From Schmidtea polychroa (Eukaryota): DNA of 64,000 nucleotides. The notes under the pieces were generated by a model, which was not told where the DNA came from, ran no database searches, and saw only the letters and a program-made list of their open reading frames with translations. This document shows positions 60,654-64,000 of this stretch, one piece after another. Location: the NCBI GenBank assembly GCA_044892525.1, contig CM097885.1, forward strand, positions 48,486,001 to 48,550,000, in the 5' to 3' direction. Both the position numbers and the translations under genes were made by a program. Each line of letters starts with the position of its first letter. Positions within the stretch are counted from its first letter, which is position 1.

Positions 60654-61355
60654 GGAATGAGTCATTACGTAGATCAAAGTTATTATAACAAAGAAATTTT
60701 TTGTGAGCTCACGATGTCTTTTCGCTCTTTCCAAAAAAAATCCATATCAGAACAAAGCCTTCCTGTGCGAAAGCTTATTTTTGAAAAAAAAGTTTTAAAT
60801 ATTAATTTTTTTTAACACATCAAAATTTTCAAAATTTTTTGTCAGAATAAAGCTCATACCCTAGTATTTGCAGACAGTAACTTTTAAAAAGTTTGGCTAT
60901 ACATTTTTACAGAGTACTTTTAGAAATTCTTCAAATATAATAGTTCCTAAATATTTATCCTATCATTTTTATGTGTGTGTATAAAGTTTTGTTGCTCGTC
61001 CGATTTTCAAGGGTTCAACTATGGTGTCCTAAAATTGTTTCTAATTTTTTGAATTTTGTTTAAATCAAGGTGTTCCCAACCTTATTTGGTCACAAATATT
61101 TGTCTGTAGCGTCGTGTGTACTATATTCAATGGACTTACTTTGACCTTTGAGAGTTAAAAAATGGTGATTCAAAACCCTTAAAAAGTAAAAATATTCTTT
61201 TACTCAAATATGATTTAAAAGGAAAATTTCGGTCTATTTCCAAAAAAAGCTTTGTTCTAATGTAGGAAATTTTTAGAAAATAATGATGACTTATCTTGAG
61301 CTGAAAAAAAATTTTCTTTGTTATAGTGACCTTTACCTACGTAATGACTCATTCC
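60654..61355. mobile_element. Unclassified MITE with long imperfect TIRs
   Basis: GGAATGAGTCATTACGTAG..TATAACAAAGAAA..AGCTC..AGAACAAAGC is inverted at 61230-61355; no clear TSD. Confidence 0.7.
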
Positions 61356-63319
61356 ATAGTTCTGTGACTCCTAGATTATGTCATCACGAAAATTTTGGAT
61401 GATTCATCATGAGCTCACTTCTACCTTCTAGTATCAGTAACGAAATCTTGAATGATTATCGAAATAAGGATTTATATTTTTGATTAAATAATATTCTTTC
61501 ATAACTTCACGAATATTTTTCAACCAGAAGTTTTATTTTCCAGTTCCTAATAAAATTTGATTGATATATGTTATAAGAACTTTTTTTCAAATTTCATCTC
61601 TGATTTCTATTTTATTTACATTGTATTTATCAAACAGATTTGAATATGAATCAGTAAAGATATTGATTGGTTTTATTTGATATTCAAGAATTTTCGGCAC
61701 AGCCTTTTTCAAGTGATTTTCTCATTTTTTAATAAATATAAATATAATGTGTTATTTGGCGGCCACAGGAAACATCCATTTTTTTCGTACAAAAAATCTA
61801 TGACTTTAAATAATTTCTTTAATAAATAATTGCGTCTACTTCTTCCTCATAAGTTCTGTTGGTTGCGCAGTCTATGTTGATGGGTATGTAATTTTAGAAC
61901 TTTTCGGTAGCAATTTGTCAGGGCCGTAGGAATGTCTTTTGAAGTCTACGACAAGGCTAAAATTTGGTGCCTTTTAAACCACCATTAAAATAATAAACAC
62001 GTATTTCATGGCGTCCCATTGGGTGTGATATGTTTATTTGTAGTAGTCTAAGCGCTGGATCATTGTTGTCTCTTAAGATTTTATCTTCTTTATTGTGGTG
62101 GTGGCTATTATACAAAAAGTCAAACGATAGTAAATCCAAAATAAACTTGCGTAATATATTGAAAAAATAGAAATGACGACCAAATATTAAAAATACTCAT
62201 GAGTGGGTGTTTATATCTTTAATTTAAGCATTTACAACTATTTACTGAGCGAGTTTTTTCAAAATAATGGTATCATTTTTGTGCCTTCTAAGCTTCTGCT
62301 GTGCCACCGCGCCATGGGTGATCAGCCTATTCAGTAGCCCTAGAAACTGACCTGTATCTTGTAAAGTTTGATACTACTGTCTTCATTTATTATTTAAGAA
62401 CAAGGTGAGAAAATCCATGTTTGTTTATTCCGTAAGAATATCTGCAAAGTAAAATTAAATAATAGTAACATTATCAAAGCTCAAAGAATATAGAACCAAA
62501 GTTTTATTCTATTTATTTGTTTTTTGTTTTATTGTATGTTATTCCTTTATTGAGAACATTTTACCAACATATTGACATTTTCTTTATCTGGATTTAATTT
62601 CAATCCATTTGAAAAGTTTGATTCAGATCAAAAGCGACACATAAAGGTATAAATAAAAGAGGCTGTATTTGAATATATGTAATATATGAACTTATTCAAT
62701 TTAGTTTACTTTTATCATTTTTGCACAATTATTTTAATTAATAATCTTGTTGATTCGATATTTTAAGCTGTTTGTAAGTTACAGAAAAGATAACTGGGTG
62801 AAGTGGTTTAGTAGGATTTATTCAAATACAGTTATGTTAAAACTAAAAAAATAAAAGAAGTTGCGCAATAAAAAAACTTAACGTTACTAAATTACCATGC
62901 TTCATTCTACAGAGGTTTTATCACAAATCCTTTGTAAATAATAATTGTTTAGAAATATTCATTGGTAATTGTTGCAATAAGACAAAAAAACATTGCAAAA
63001 AATATATTTGTCTTATTTTCATAAAAATCATGAAAAGATCACTTGAAAATTTCTTTGTAAATATTTCTTGTATTAATATGAAAATTAAAACTCATAACAC
63101 TATTCAGTTGTCAGCAAATCATGTTAGAATAAAATATATTACTCTCATGCTGTCAGCTCTTTGCCAAAACTCTTTCTATCGAGATAAACAAAAAATCGAT
63201 AAATTTTGTAAAATTATCAGTGGAAGATTGTTGAAAAAAAATTTAAATCTAATCAAGAATTTGATTAATTTGTAAATAATTTTCATTAATTTTCTTTTTA
63301 TTCTTTTCTTTTTATTTTC

Positions 63320-63600
63320 TTGTTTCAACGTCTTTGCAAGGTTGGTCGCATGTTCACTAATAAGTCTCCAACTCCAATTGGTCTGTGTTCAGAACTCGTG
63401 TATCAATTTTCATGTAATAGGTGTAATGCAACATACATTGGAGAGACTGTCCATCATCTCTACACTCGAGTTCTTGAACATTGCCGACGGAATGGATTGA
63501 CTCACATTAGTGATCATTTTAGGAAGTGTACCAGTAAAAATATAAGTATTGCTGATTTTAAGATCTTGTCGAAGAGTTTAAACAATTACTGAGAACGAGT
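63320..63600 (+). mobile_element. Penelope-like element 3' fragment (GIY-YIG endonuclease)
   Basis: LVYQFSCNRCNATYIGET...L..RVLEH...I.DH...C...FKIL. Confidence 0.75.
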
Positions 63601-63638
63601 AACGTTTTTATTATAAAAAATTGCCTTCGTTCTTTGAT

Positions 63639-63651
63639 TTATTATTATTAC

Positions 63652-63718
<67 letters not shown>

Positions 63719-63738
63719 GTTATTAATTAGTATTATTG
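63639..63738. repeat. (ATT)n microsatellite
   Basis: Direct observation. Confidence 0.95.
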
Positions 63739-64000
63739 AATTTGAAGAACGATTTTTACAATTTTAAAGTATTATCAGAAAGGTTCAAAATCTTGTGTAA
63801 ATTTATCACTTGTTAGGCTTTAAATTCTAAAATAAATATCAGGCAATACACATATTAGCATTAATATTATTTTATGTATGATTATATAATTAGTAATTAA
63901 CCCATAAATTCAATTATTTTTATTGAATTGGTTAGGCCAAGGGTGTTGCCTTATTTGTTGACAGAGTCTTTTAATTTATTTGTTATTATTACTATTTCTA

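Noticed and set aside
61700..62450. Slightly GC-richer stretch resembling a decayed transposase
   Set aside because: No family motif could be recognised by eye

Overview
Very AT-rich eukaryotic DNA; the repeat families and divergent Wnt suggest an invertebrate, possibly a planarian (inference). The only host gene is a six-exon Wnt11-like gene (34847-59648, +, 391 aa by my splice model), whose introns hold MULE, Tigger, Penelope and MITE insertions. The dominant feature is a full-length 14.9-kb Polinton/Maverick (adintovirus-like) at 17456-32350, with AGTAGT termini, ~950-bp TIRs and a 6-bp TAAAAT TSD. It is inserted in a hAT transposon about 2.5 kb upstream of the Wnt gene. It encodes MCP, penton, adenain protease, packaging ATPase, pX-like, fiber-like and gasderminX-like proteins, pPolB and an in-frame PLA2-integrase fusion; several core genes are disrupted. 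The most unusual signal is a family of four outward-facing tRNA-like Pol III cassettes (A box, B box 43-44 nt later, then a T-run) at the Polinton ends, one resembling tRNA-Cys; these may be VA-RNA-like RNAs or insulators. Each TIR also carries an inverted internal copy of the terminal origin motif. The first 14 kb contain a second, decayed pPolB gene, an RLE-type non-LTR retrotransposon flanked by inverted LTR fragments, Gypsy remnants and MITEs.
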